Source: Isurus oxyrinchus
Taxonomy: Eukaryota
Length of the DNA: 64,000 nucleotides
Assembly (NCBI GenBank): GCA_026770705.1
Contig: JANJGN010000140.1
Location: 744,001-808,000, forward strand
Direction: 5' to 3'
Part shown: piece after piece, positions 53,512-64,000 of the stretch
Numbering within the stretch: the first letter of the stretch is position 1
How the letters are laid out: every line of letters starts with the position of its first letter
Translations under genes and position numbers: made by a program
Notes under the pieces: generated by a model
Database searches by the model: none
What the model saw: the letters and a program-made list of their open reading frames with translations, nothing else
Told to the model about the DNA's origin: nothing

Positions 53512-54879
53512 CTATAGGATAAAAAAATGAACACTATATTTTTGTTCAACCACTGTTTGTCCAGGAGAATCTCTCAATCGCGTGAACAGCTCTGCTTATT
53601 GCAGTAATTTTATTTCCTGGAAGCCTGTTTGAACCGTGTTCACTCTTATAAAAATATGACCAAGTGGGGAATGAGGTGATGATTTATTTTACATCGCGAA
53701 TTCTTCCGATCAGGACAGCACTGTCTGAATTGGTGTTGGGGATAGATTCAGTCGTGGCTTTCAAACGGTTAATGATCTGTGCTGGAAATGTAAATACAAA
53801 TAGAGAGCTATAGAGAAAATTCATGGGCAGTGGGAACAATTGGATTGCACTTTTAAAGGGTCAGCAATGGGCCAAATGTCATCCTTTCGTGCTAGACAAT
53901 TCTATGAATTATATTACATTCCCGTTTCTATTTTCCTTGGTGAGAGGCCAACACGAGGGAGCATTTTATGTTCAGCGAGGCAACCAGTTTCCAAAAAGCA
54001 TGTGTGTTGGAGAGGAACACAGCTGCGTGGAAACACTGTGCACAACAAGATCCAACACAAACGGATGGGGTTCATCAGCACCAATTGGGCCAAACCGAGA
54101 GTGCGCATCAATCATTCACTGCTGTTTAAAACTGCTCAGAAATTTCTATCTGCCTTTTGCTCTATTCCTTTATGTTCTATCAATAGGGTCCAATTTTCTC
54201 CAGTTCAGCTTAATTTCAAATAGGTGCAATTAATTTCATTTTATTTCTTTAATTTCACATTCCCTTTATTTGACATTTATTTTGTGCTGTTTGTACTTTT
54301 TGCAACCGTGGGAACTTGCCCCAAAGTTTCTCAGTTGTCTGTTCAGTTTCCGCAGTGGTTTTACTGTTACTCACTGGGAATTGCCTCTTCCAGTTCTCTG
54401 AAAATTTCATTCTTTCCTCCCATTGACTGATTCTCTCCCCGGTTCACTGGGTGGAGTTTTCTCTCAGTTTTACATTATAGAGGAAGAAGAATGCAGAAGA
54501 GGAATGGACCATTCAGCCTGTGTATATAATCAATTCCAGCCGGACCCCACCAGAAATCTAATTGACCATTTACATCCAGCTCCCTATGTTGGCCTGTTCC
54601 GTTCTCCCTCCTGTATTTTCAAGTGTTCCAATAACTATATCAATACTATCCCCAACCTCTCCCTGTGGCAGCAAGTTCCACATTCTAACCTGCCTTTGTT
54701 TCAGTTCATTTGTCTTAAATATTTTATTTGTTCTGTTAATGATTGTTATATGTTGACGGATGTTGCCTTGGACTTAGTCACAAATGAAAAATTTCTCCAC
54801 CATAAAACCGTTCATTATTGAAAAGATTTCTATGGATTCTCCTTGTAGTTCTGTTTTTCAGAAAAAAAAGACCCAGCCT

Positions 54880-55495
54880 GTTCAATCTTCCCAGAGAGAT
54901 GCGGATTGTTGCTGATTTCTTTTCTCAGGGGTGTAAGAAATCAAAGCAGAGAATCTAATCAATAGAAGCAGGAGTCGCCAGATCACCTTTCAAACCTGCT
55001 CAGCCATTCAGTAATATCCTGGCTGATTTACAACCTTAACAGCACATCTCCACATTCTCCCCATATCCCTGATATTTTAGTGTCTGCAAACCAATCAAAT
55101 ATTGTCTTCAATGCAAACAGATACTGAACATCCATAGCACTTTGATTTACAGAATGCAACACATTCACAACAATGGTTCGACTGAAGATTTTTTTGCTTC
55201 TCAGTTCTAATGGATGACTCTTTATTCTGAAGCTGTGACCCCGAATTCTATACTCCTCAGTCTGGGGAAACTCCGAGCCAGAATCTGCCCTGTCAAAACC
55301 CTTCAGTATATTATATGTTTTCGTGAGATCACCTCTCTTTATTCTAAACTCTGGGAAATATACACCGAGGCGACTAAATCTCTTCCCATTGGACAATCCC
55401 TTCATCTCAGGAATCAGTCTGAAGAACATTTGTTGCAATCCTTCCAATGCAGGTTGATCTATCTTCTGTAAGGAGAACAGAATTTTACACAGCAT
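54880..55495 (-). mobile_element. CR1 LINE 3' fragment
   Basis: ALEGLQ..F.RLIPEMKGLS...RGDL...YNILKGFDR on the minus strand. Confidence 0.8.
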
Positions 55496-56409
55496 TCTGG
55501 ACTGGAGTCTATTTCAATCCTTCCCTCCATAAACCTCACCCACACCCTGGGGTCGGATTGTACTTTGAAAGGCACCCAGAATTCAGCCAATCCTTCTCTC
55601 CCTTTCGATTAATTATTTCTTGCTGGTTATCAACGAACGTTCCCCGTGTTTATAATTGTTTCCTTCTGTCCCTGTACTCATTCATAAGATTAATGCATTA
55701 CCCTCACTCGTTCATTGCACTGTGTTGATTCAATTCATAGTAATCAGGGATACAGATAAATTACTGCAATCCCATCTTTCAAACATCTACATTCAAGATA
55801 GAGAAGTGCCTGCAGTCCCAATCATTCATATTTCGGTCTGAAGACAGAAAAGGAGGAAACTGATTGGTTATATGGAGGCAACTGAAAGAAATGGAGGGGA
55901 CAATGTCACAAATTTCAGTCACTGATTGCCCAATAATAAAATTCCATCTGGACCCATATCAGGATCTCTTATATCTGGAGTCCGTTGTGTCACTGTCCCG
56001 TTTTTCTCCCGGGTCAGGTGTTGAACGAGCCGCTGCAGGTACCCGAACTGGCCGCAGTTGTGTTGAGTTTGTTCACCCTGTACCTCATTCACATTCCGCG
56101 ACTCGGACTGCAATCTGCTGCCCAGGAGAGAGCTCTGTGACCCCGGTCCCGGGTTCTAAGGGACAGACAGAGCTCCCTCGGTCACAGTTAACGCTAGGAG
56201 TGGGGTCCGGATTGTCGCCAACCTGTGCTCATTAAAAGCGATTCAGCGTGAGAGCGTCCGTAATGTTGATGTTGATGTTGTCCCCGATGTGCCCATTAAA
56301 CCAATAATTGTCCAGATACCGTCAACTCCCACATCCCACCCAAACTCCACTGATATCAATAACATTATCCGGGACAGTCTGTAACGCGGCGTGGGTTGGA
56401 GTCACTTAC

Positions 56410-56501
56410 CGGCTGTGACAGTCACCACTGTCCCGGATCCATCCGCATAATCAGTAACCCACCACAGTAACACCGCTCTCAGTCTCCCAGGTACAACAAC
56501 C
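56410..56501 (-). other. NAR-TCR J segment with 23-RSS
   Basis: Coding 56462-56410: WVTDYADGSGTVVTVTA + G|GTAAGT. RSS on the plus strand at 56463-56501: CACAGTA-23-ACAACAACC. Confidence 0.9.
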
Positions 56502-56816
56502 ACCGACACCGCAACCTGCCCGGAAATCATCATCAGACAGTAGAAACTGCGCAATTATTCAGCGGATTTAAATAAATAAACAATATTCAACGTTTCAAAG
56601 TCTCTGTCGGTTCAAACTGTCCTTTGTGAGGCCCTGAGCACTGAGTAAATGGTCCCGGGAACTAGATGTTCGCTTCACATAAACCGAGAAAAATATCAAA
56701 GAAAGATAACTGAATGGTGGGAATTAAAATGAAATGTAACCAGATTCCAGCGATAATAACATCAACCCGACAATTCACTATCCGGACCCGGAGAATTTAT
56801 ATTTAAATTGTATAGA

Positions 56817-56889
56817 GGTATTTGCTCAGGTCTCTCCCATTGTGACTCCCTCATCCATCCACACAGTGTTACAAAGTCAGTATTAAATC
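56817..56889 (-). other. NAR-TCR D segment flanked by 12/12 RSS
   Basis: 17-nt core TGGATGGATGAGGGAGT (56861-56845). 3' RSS: CACAATG-12-GCAAATACC. 5' RSS: CACAGTG-12-TATTAAATC (weak nonamer). Confidence 0.85.
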
Positions 56890-57209
56890 CCCCGGGTGTT
56901 TGTTGAGATTTGTGGACATTAGTTAAACAGCGGAGACTGCGGTTCCCAGTTCCAGCTGTTAGACCAGAATCACATATGGCGTTCGGGGTTTGCAACTGGG
57001 ATCCCAATCCCCATTCATTGACACCAATCCCGGGATAGACATCACCATCCGCACACACTCGGCATTTATAAAACTCAAGATGTTAACAGCAATAATCCAA
57101 TCTCATTATAAACTAGACTGTGGGGCAGAATGTGTGAGGCGCAACTGTTGGAGTTTAACTGCAGATTAACTCCGCTTTTTCATTTGTTTCTGTGATAATC
57201 GGCAGAGAG

Positions 57210-57719
57210 AGTTTTTGTATCGCGGGCAGCCGAGGCCCATCACCGTGTGTCGTGCAGGTACTGAGCTTTACAGTAATAGGTGGCGGTGTCCTCAACTCTC
57301 ACATCCTGAATTTCCAGCGAAAATGTCTTTCGTGCTTTATTCACCGAAACAACAAATCTCCCCCAGCTGGAGATCCGCTCCCGCTCAGTCCCACTCTGTG
57401 TTTGTTTGAAGAAATGTCCCGTTTGGAAATAATGCCACGAAGCAGCGGAGAAAACACAGGTGATGGTGAGAGACTGACACTCCTTCCTGGTCACCGCTGC
57501 CGGGGTCTGTGTCACTGACTGACTGAAAGAGCCTGGAAATTAAACAGAGTTTAATGGACTATCAGAGCCGAACCACAGAACGGGGTTAAAACTCCGGACA
57601 GTGTCTGTAAATGGAATGGACTCGGGCAGCTTTATATTAAACCCACACAATGTCGGTTTGTTTGATCGGTACTCACGGGATAACTAGACACACAGGGTGA
57701 AAACATGGAGGATTCCCAT
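57210..57719 (-). pseudogene. IgNAR-like NAR-TCR V segment, stop codon in leader
   Basis: Leader 57719-57677: MGILHVFTLCV*LS. V exon 57532-57248: SVTQTP...KECQSLTITC...ISSWGRFVVSVNKARKTFSLEIQDVRVEDTATYYCKA (no CDR2, extra FR1 Cys). RSS 57247-57210: CACGGTG-22-ACAAAAACT. Confidence 0.92.
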
Positions 57720-60700
57720 CGTTCTGCTGCCTGGAGCTGAGTGTTTATATGACGGGGAACTGGAGGCTGCAGCCCTGGACTGCACTGGGAGACCGGACCT
57801 CAGAGCTGGACTGAAGTACTTTAGGGGGATCGAGTTGATTTGCACAGGGCAGTGTGTTTGAGATCATTGATGGACCGCACTGTTCTTGGGTCGCTGGCGA
57901 AGTGTATGTGAATAAGAGACATGTTTATAAAAGGAGGCTGCAATTTTCTGACTCTACATTTGGATTGTGATCCAGATGTGAAAGCCCCTCCCACAATACT
58001 ATGGTGTACAGGGGTGGGGGAGGGGAGCTTTTCTTTCTGCCAGTTGTGCTGCCGCCTTCCTTTCCCCACAGTAATGAACTGGGAGGTCGGTGCCTATGTT
58101 TGTATTAGGTGATGCTTGTTTAAGGTGGAATGTGGGCCCAGGACACCAGGAGAATCCCCGCGCCCGGCTCTTACCCCAGTATTCCGGAGATTGTTTAACA
58201 TCACCCTGAATGGGCTGGCGGGACCTCAGTTAGATTTCTGATCTGAAGGTCGGCGCCTCAGACCCAGCATCTTCCCTGGCCCAGGTTGCAATATGAGGGA
58301 GTCCAGTGACATTACCAATATCCTGGCAGATGTACACAACATAGACAAAGAATAACTGGCAGCTCGTTACCTTACTTGGCTAGGTGGCTAGTGTCTGCTT
58401 CGGAATAATACCAATAGTACGGGATATGGAAGCTTAGGAACATACGAACAGGAGAAGGTCATTCAGCCCATCGAGCCTGATCAGCCATTCAATACAATCA
58501 TGGCTGATCGAACACTTCAAAGCCTTGTTAAGCAGTAGTAATTCAGGGATGGCCGAGTGTAATGCAAACAGACATGAGTAATGCCGCAATAAATGAGGTT
58601 GGGGCTCATGCACTGTAAACAGAGACACAGGCTATTGTAATATCAAGAGCGACATTATCTTGAGTAATACTGAGACAGGATGTTGCCTAACATTAATGGA
58701 GATGACATTTTGCAATAATAACTGAGATACCACCTTGGATCACATAGACAGAATTGGATCCTTTTGCAAATAACTGAAAAAAGGGACGAATGCAATATAT
58801 AGTGAGATGTGGTCAAGTGTAGTTCCATTGGGACAGTGTCTAGTGTAATATAAGCATAAGCATTAAAATATTGTAGTCAGTAATAACAAAAATAGGGCCT
58901 CTTCTAACATAAGTGGAGGCCTATCTAATGCAGTACTAGCTAAGACATCATCCAGTGCAGTGCAGTAATAAATGAGGTGACGTCTGGTTTAATATAAACA
59001 GAGGGATTGTACAGCGCGCTAATAAATGAGTATTGCTTAATCCTAGAGTATCTGTGTGCAGCCAGACACTGAACTCATACACCGAGGTGACCGTCACTCA
59101 CGTCACAGTAAAGATGCTCAGATTCCTATACCACGAGTTTGTTTCATTTTAACTTGCTTTTTTTTTCTGTTAGCTGTGTGCTAATGTTTGCCTTTATTTC
59201 CCATTGTTTCCTTTAGCGTCATCCCCATTTTCCTGATTGAAATCCCCAGGATTCTCCAAATTTCATATTTCCTGGTGTCACTGAGGAGTCTACAGACTGT
59301 GTGTGCATCCCATAACTTCAGTCAGTGTTAGTCTCTCTTGTCCATTTGTATTACACAGAGCACTGATGATCCCTTTCCCGCAGTTTACTGTACCAAGTGT
59401 CATATGGGAGAATAGCCATTATCAACTGTTTACTTTCTGTGCCTTTATATTTATAAATACATTTCTGCATTAATACCTTTCTGCTATTCTAGATTTGTAC
59501 CACTAACTGTCCTCACCTCAGCATTATACATCTCCCTCTGTTAATATGTCTCTCTGCCACTCAATGTAATCAATCTCACCTTCATTTATGTCCCTCTGTT
59601 AGTGTTTCTCTGCATTATCACCACACTGAGTCTCATTTTTATCAAACTCCCTATGCATCGTCCATCGTTCTTGACCTCAACTTTATATTCGGCATTGTGT
59701 AGGTGTCTGAAAGCATACAGACACAGGGCTAATCTGTAGACGAGGTATACAAATCTTTAACGAGTGAGACCAGACGACACTGAAATTACTCATCTGGGGG
59801 ACCTCATTCACTGATCTTCACAGGTAAATCTCTCAGGCCTTTAACCATTGAGGCCAGACAGGCACTGAGCCGATATACGATGGTGATGGTGGAGGCGGCG
59901 GCGGAAGGAAGGGGTTTCACTCACCGTCACCGGAACATTGTTCAGGTTTTAAACACTCGGTATAAAGTGTGGGGCTGATGCACCGTGGAGCAGGCGGCAC
60001 TCGCGTGCACAGGGACAATGTTAAGATCTTCCTTTCAATCAATGCCATTGCACGATTCAATAATTTTATTAATTCTCTCCTTTTCTGCTTCCTGCCTGGA
60101 TTTGTTAACTTGATTTATTTATATCATTTCTGCTTTTATTTATGCTTCTCTCACACCGTCTCCCTCTTCCGTTTACAATCCGCAGGATCCCCCGCTGCCA
60201 GGCGGTGAGAAATTCTCCGTCTATTTACTGAATTCGCTGGACTTTTTTTATATGAGCAGCTGGGTTTGGGCTGCTGAGAGTGGTCGTCAGGTGCAGGGAG
60301 TCCCCTGGGGTTCGTGGGTTGGGGGTGTCCCGTGGGGGGAGTTGGAGTCTGAGAGGTGGGGGGACTTCCTGGGAGTTCGGGGGTGTGGAAGGAGACTCGT
60401 GGGTGTCAGTGTGGCTCTGTACAAAGTTACTCAGAAGCTAGAAGTGGTTTTAATTCTAACTTTCTGGGCAACTCTTGATGTCGGACAGTCGGAACCATTC
60501 GAGGTTTGCAATGTAAATTGTATTTTCTGTTTGTTCCCAGTACAGAGCAATTGCCCATGGGAAGTTTCCACTTCCCGGACAATTGCCGTGTAAACCTTGC
60601 CTGGGAACTCCGGGCGGGATGTTCCCCGGCGCATCTTTGCTGTGTCCTCCACTTACACGGCCTTTTGGCTCGGAGGTCATGGCCCCTTCAGAATGTTACG

Positions 60701-61033
60701 GTTTTCTTGCACCTTTAACGGGGCTCCGCCTGAATATGATACGAAGGCTGAATATTTGCCCTTGTTTCCCGGTGTTCGAGCGCCCTCTGTTGAGCATTAA
60801 CTGAGCCGCTCGTTCTGGCATTTTGACCGGGATCCGCCGGATCTCTGCCGTGGGGCTTGGCTGCGTCGCAGTTCAGAGCCTCAGCTCCGTTATCTTGGCA
60901 GTTCTGTTAAATGTAGAAGAGAATTGCCCAACAATGTCTGTCTTATTGTTTCCATTCTCACCGATCAGATTATTGAGGAGCTGCGGATGTTTTGCTCGGG
61001 CTGCTGACTATACCAGAACAAATGGTTATGGAG

Positions 61034-61125
61034 CAAAAATAAAAATAGCTGGAAAAGCTCCACAGGTCTGACAGCATCTGTGGAGAGGAAGACAGTTAAT
61101 GTTTCGAGTCCGAATGACTGTTTGT
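61034..61125 (+). mobile_element. Short interspersed repeat inserted in the V exon
   Basis: 12-bp direct repeat ATGGTTATGGAG at 61022-61033 and 61126-61137. The same repeat family occurs at ~50173-50300 and ~63083-63175. Confidence 0.85.
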
Positions 61126-61352
61126 ATGGTTATGGAGATATGTTTTCAAGATGCATATCACGTGGTGTTACTGTCGCCTTCGGCATCATTTCAGCTTCGG
61201 CATCATTTCAGCTTCGACATCATTTCAGCAACCGACCCGACCACTGTGTCTGGATGGCTCCATCCTAACATAAAGTAGTCGGGTAGATGTCATCATTATC
61301 AGGATCATCATCACCATCATTTCAAGTAGCTTCATCATCAGCTGCATCACTT

Positions 61353-61749
61353 GAGCTTGGCCTAAATAGCCAAGTGGTCATGGTACTAGGTTTGTAACCC
61401 CAAGATCAAGAGTTCAAATCTCACAATGGCAAAACTATGAAACAACGTAACTTCATCTGAAACAGATGGAAACGGGTTTGTGCTCGAAAAAGTATCAAGG
61501 GTTCAGATCTCACAATGGCAAACTATGAAACAATGTAACGTCATCTGAAACAGATGGAAATTGGTTTGTACTCGAAAGAGTATCAAGAGTTCAAATCTCA
61601 CAATGGCGAAACAATGTAACTTCATCTGAGACAGATGGAAACGGGTTTGTACTCGAAAGAGTAACAAGAGTTCAAATCTCACAATGGCAAACTATGAAAC
61701 AATGTAACTTCATCTAAAACAAATGGAAACGGATTTGTACTCGAAAGAA
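61353..61749 (+). mobile_element. tRNA-derived SINE with four internal tandem units
   Basis: A box TAGCCAAGTGG, B box AGTTCAAATC. Units start at 61405, 61494, 61582 and 61663. 16-bp target-site duplication ATCAGCTG(C/T)ATCACTT at 61337-61352 and 61750-61765. Confidence 0.9.
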
Positions 61750-62470
61750 ATCAGCTGTATCACTTTACAATTAATAACACATGGGTGCAGCTGTCAGGGG
61801 GAGAACGGATATTTTCTGGGAAGGAAATACTTACTGATAAGTGATATAATGACGAGGACCGGGTGTGATGTAATTCCCCATGATGCTCCCAGACAGTCCG
61901 CCAAATCCTCTGTCAGGGCAGAAGTGCAGATCCCCTGCGCACTGTACTGTCGATCTAACCAACGTCAAACCAGGAACAGTGGAAAACAACTTTCCAAATC
62001 ACAGGAAAGGCAAGGAAGGTCAGAGCGAAAGAAACGAACGGAACTATGGGGGAGGCGGCCGCGAGCACTGTTGTCAGTCGTAAAATCTAACGATAATAAG
62101 CTGAATTCAAAACTAACGCGCTCAACAGAAATTATATAATTCTGCCGGTCTGCGTTACGTTCATAGACATTTCAAATCTGGGGAAAACAGTCTGGCGACA
62201 GGTATTAGAGGATTGCTGTATTATTCTGTAATTACAGAAACTTTCATAGTTGAAATCAGTTAAAACAAGGGGCTGAATCTGTCAGAACAACTGGGCACCC
62301 CATCCCAATGTATTGGAGCTGGGCTGTTGATTAACACTGAAATAAACTTCCCAATTATGGGTCTCTGAGGAAACGTCACACTAATGGGCATAAATACGAG
62401 ATCAAACGCAATTTTTCCTCAAGTATTTTTAAGAAAGTATTTGTCAGGAGGCGGGAATCCACGGCCTGAT

Positions 62471-62484
62471 GCGCCACCTGGTGG
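62471..62484 (-). promoter_or_regulatory. CTCF-binding motif downstream of a V RSS
   Basis: CCACCAGGTGGCGC matches the CTCF core consensus, 42 bp beyond the nonamer. Confidence 0.65.
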
Positions 62485-62526
62485 CCGGATTTAATGAAGC
62501 TTATTTTCGCTGATCTCACAAAACAC

Positions 62527-62857
62527 TTTATTGGTACGAGGTGCCCCGAGGCCTTTCTCACTGATGGTCTCAGCACACAGTAATACACGGGGTTGTCAGC
62601 GACCTGAAGCACAAACAAGGTGAAAGCAGCTATATAATTGGGTGTTTTTCGAATGACTGAAAAGCGACTTTTAATGTTCTTTCCACAAGAATGTGCCCGA
62701 ATTACGAAAGCTGGAGCCGGGTTCTAGTTTTGACGATGAAGCTGCAAAACATAATTCACATCGGAAGTTGAAAATATGCAAATTATGCTCATCGAGATTC
62801 CTTCCAGTTAATGGGCTTCGATTGACCACTGTCCGACTGAACCACCGGAACTCACTA
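62527..62857 (-). pseudogene. TCR V pseudogene
   Basis: SSGGSVGQ...IICIFSTSDVNYVL...KSRFSVI...LQVADNPVYYCVLR with stops. Decayed RSS: ATCAGTG-23-ACCAATAAA. Confidence 0.85.
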
Positions 62858-62929
62858 CTGCAGAAATTATTTCATGGTTAACCATGGAAACACCATGAAC
62901 AACAGACAACGAATGGATGAATTAATATA

Positions 62930-63210
62930 TAGATGGAGGTATGGATAGAAAGATAGTTAGATAGATAAATAAGGGCAGATGGGTGGATGGATAGCTGGAT
63001 AGATGGATAGATAGACGGATGGAGGGATGGAGGGATGGACAGATCGGGGGTTGAAGAGATGGATGGATGGATGGACGGATGTAAAAACAGAAAATGCTGG
63101 AAAAGCTTAGCAGGTCTGACAGCATATGTGGAGAGAGAGACAATATTAACGGTTTAGTGTCCGTATGACTCTTCATCAGATGGATGGATGGGTCGGTGGA
63201 GTGTGGGTGG
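62930..63210. repeat. (GATG/GATA)n microsatellite interrupted by a short repeat
   Basis: Directly visible. Confidence 0.85.
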
Positions 63211-64000
63211 ATGTGCCTGAAAAATGCTGTTCCACATTTTCATCTTTACGATTGACTGCTCCATAACTTGCAGCAGGTCCTTTATTCAATTTGTGTCTGT
63301 CTGGTGTTTTCAGTCCTTCCCGATTTTCTGGATCATTCCAATTCCTTGGCTGTTGACAACTGACGAGCTGAACGTCACCAAGTGCAACCTGAAGATATCC
63401 CTGCGGCACTGATGATCCTTTTCTGGTGATGCTGAATCTTCATCTCAAAGTTAGAAAGCGGTTTCATGACTGTGATGAGAAACGGGGATTATAATACGTG
63501 GAACCTGCGGCCTTTTCACGTACAACAAAACACTCAGGATATCCTCAACCAACTGACTTCAATCACAGCAGAAACATAGCAGATAGTTGAATACATACAT
63601 TTTTCACATTTCCATGGTAATTTCTTGCTGCTCCGGTGCAGTCACACCATTCTGAACATCACGGAAAAAACGTGCATGAACTGTGAGTTTCTTTACGGCA
63701 AAATATTGATTGAAAACCGATTGTCACAATGAAATATATCCGATGGATATTACGGATTGTTGTCGCAAATTCAAAAGCCCTTAACCCCTTTAACCACACT
63801 CCCGAGATGCTTTCCATTCAGTACAATCGTGCAGAAAATCAATTCTTCATGAGTTGGATGGGTGAGGTCACTACTCCAATGAGATGTGCTCAGGATCGCC
63901 GCAATGGCGATTCTGGTTAGATCGGGCATGGTGCGTGAACTGGACAGAACTGAGTCGGTGAAGTGGCTGAAGTGATATGAATCACAGTTTGAACATGAAT

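Larger units (their letters stand above)
60853..61881 (-). pseudogene. WSH-family TCR V pseudogene with two insertions
   Basis: Leader 61881-61835 (47 nt, frameshifted). V exon from 61264: WSHPDTVV...FWYSQQP...QFSSTFNRTAKITEL. 17-bp triplication at 61178-61228; 3' end and RSS partly deleted. Confidence 0.88.

Noticed and set aside
57838-57845. Ig octamer-like GTGCAAAT upstream of the NAR-TCR leader
   Set aside because: One mismatch to ATGCAAAT in an 8-mer is not distinguishable from chance without paralog comparison.
59080-59112. J-like peptide TEVTVT
   Set aside because: No GxG motif and no upstream RSS.
59938-60050. D-like arrangement CACCGTG...CACAGGG with an upstream GGTTTTAAA
   Set aside because: Spacer lengths do not fit 12 or 23 and the nonamers are poor.
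61359-61432. tRNA gene
   Set aside because: The stems pair poorly and the sequence is the head of a TSD-flanked SINE.
63313-63600. Possible plus-strand V relic (ELNVTKCNLKIS...LFW)
   Set aside because: Too degenerate; no YYC or RSS recognised.

Overview
Eukaryotic DNA from a cartilaginous fish (shark-type CR1 LINEs, SINEs and antigen-receptor genes). The window lies in the V-segment array of a T-cell receptor alpha/delta locus. It holds about 20 V segments or relics in both orientations, most with a leader exon, intron, V exon and 3' recombination signal sequence (RSS); only about three look fully intact. At 53.0-57.7 kb on the minus strand is a complete NAR-TCR-type cassette: an IgNAR-like V, a 12/12 D, a J, and a leaderless supporting V-delta with the matching extra cysteine. 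This copy carries a leader stop codon and a frameshift. It is followed by an unusual tandem array of four 23-RSS units. Also present are a ~10.4 kb direct segmental duplication (1-10374 vs 31095-41411), a two-exon GPR139-like GPCR inside the V array, CTCF-like motifs just downstream of several RSSs, a near full-length decayed CR1 LINE, SINEs, a probable solo LTR, minisatellites and a 188-N gap. All calls were made by eye; no searches or alignments were run.
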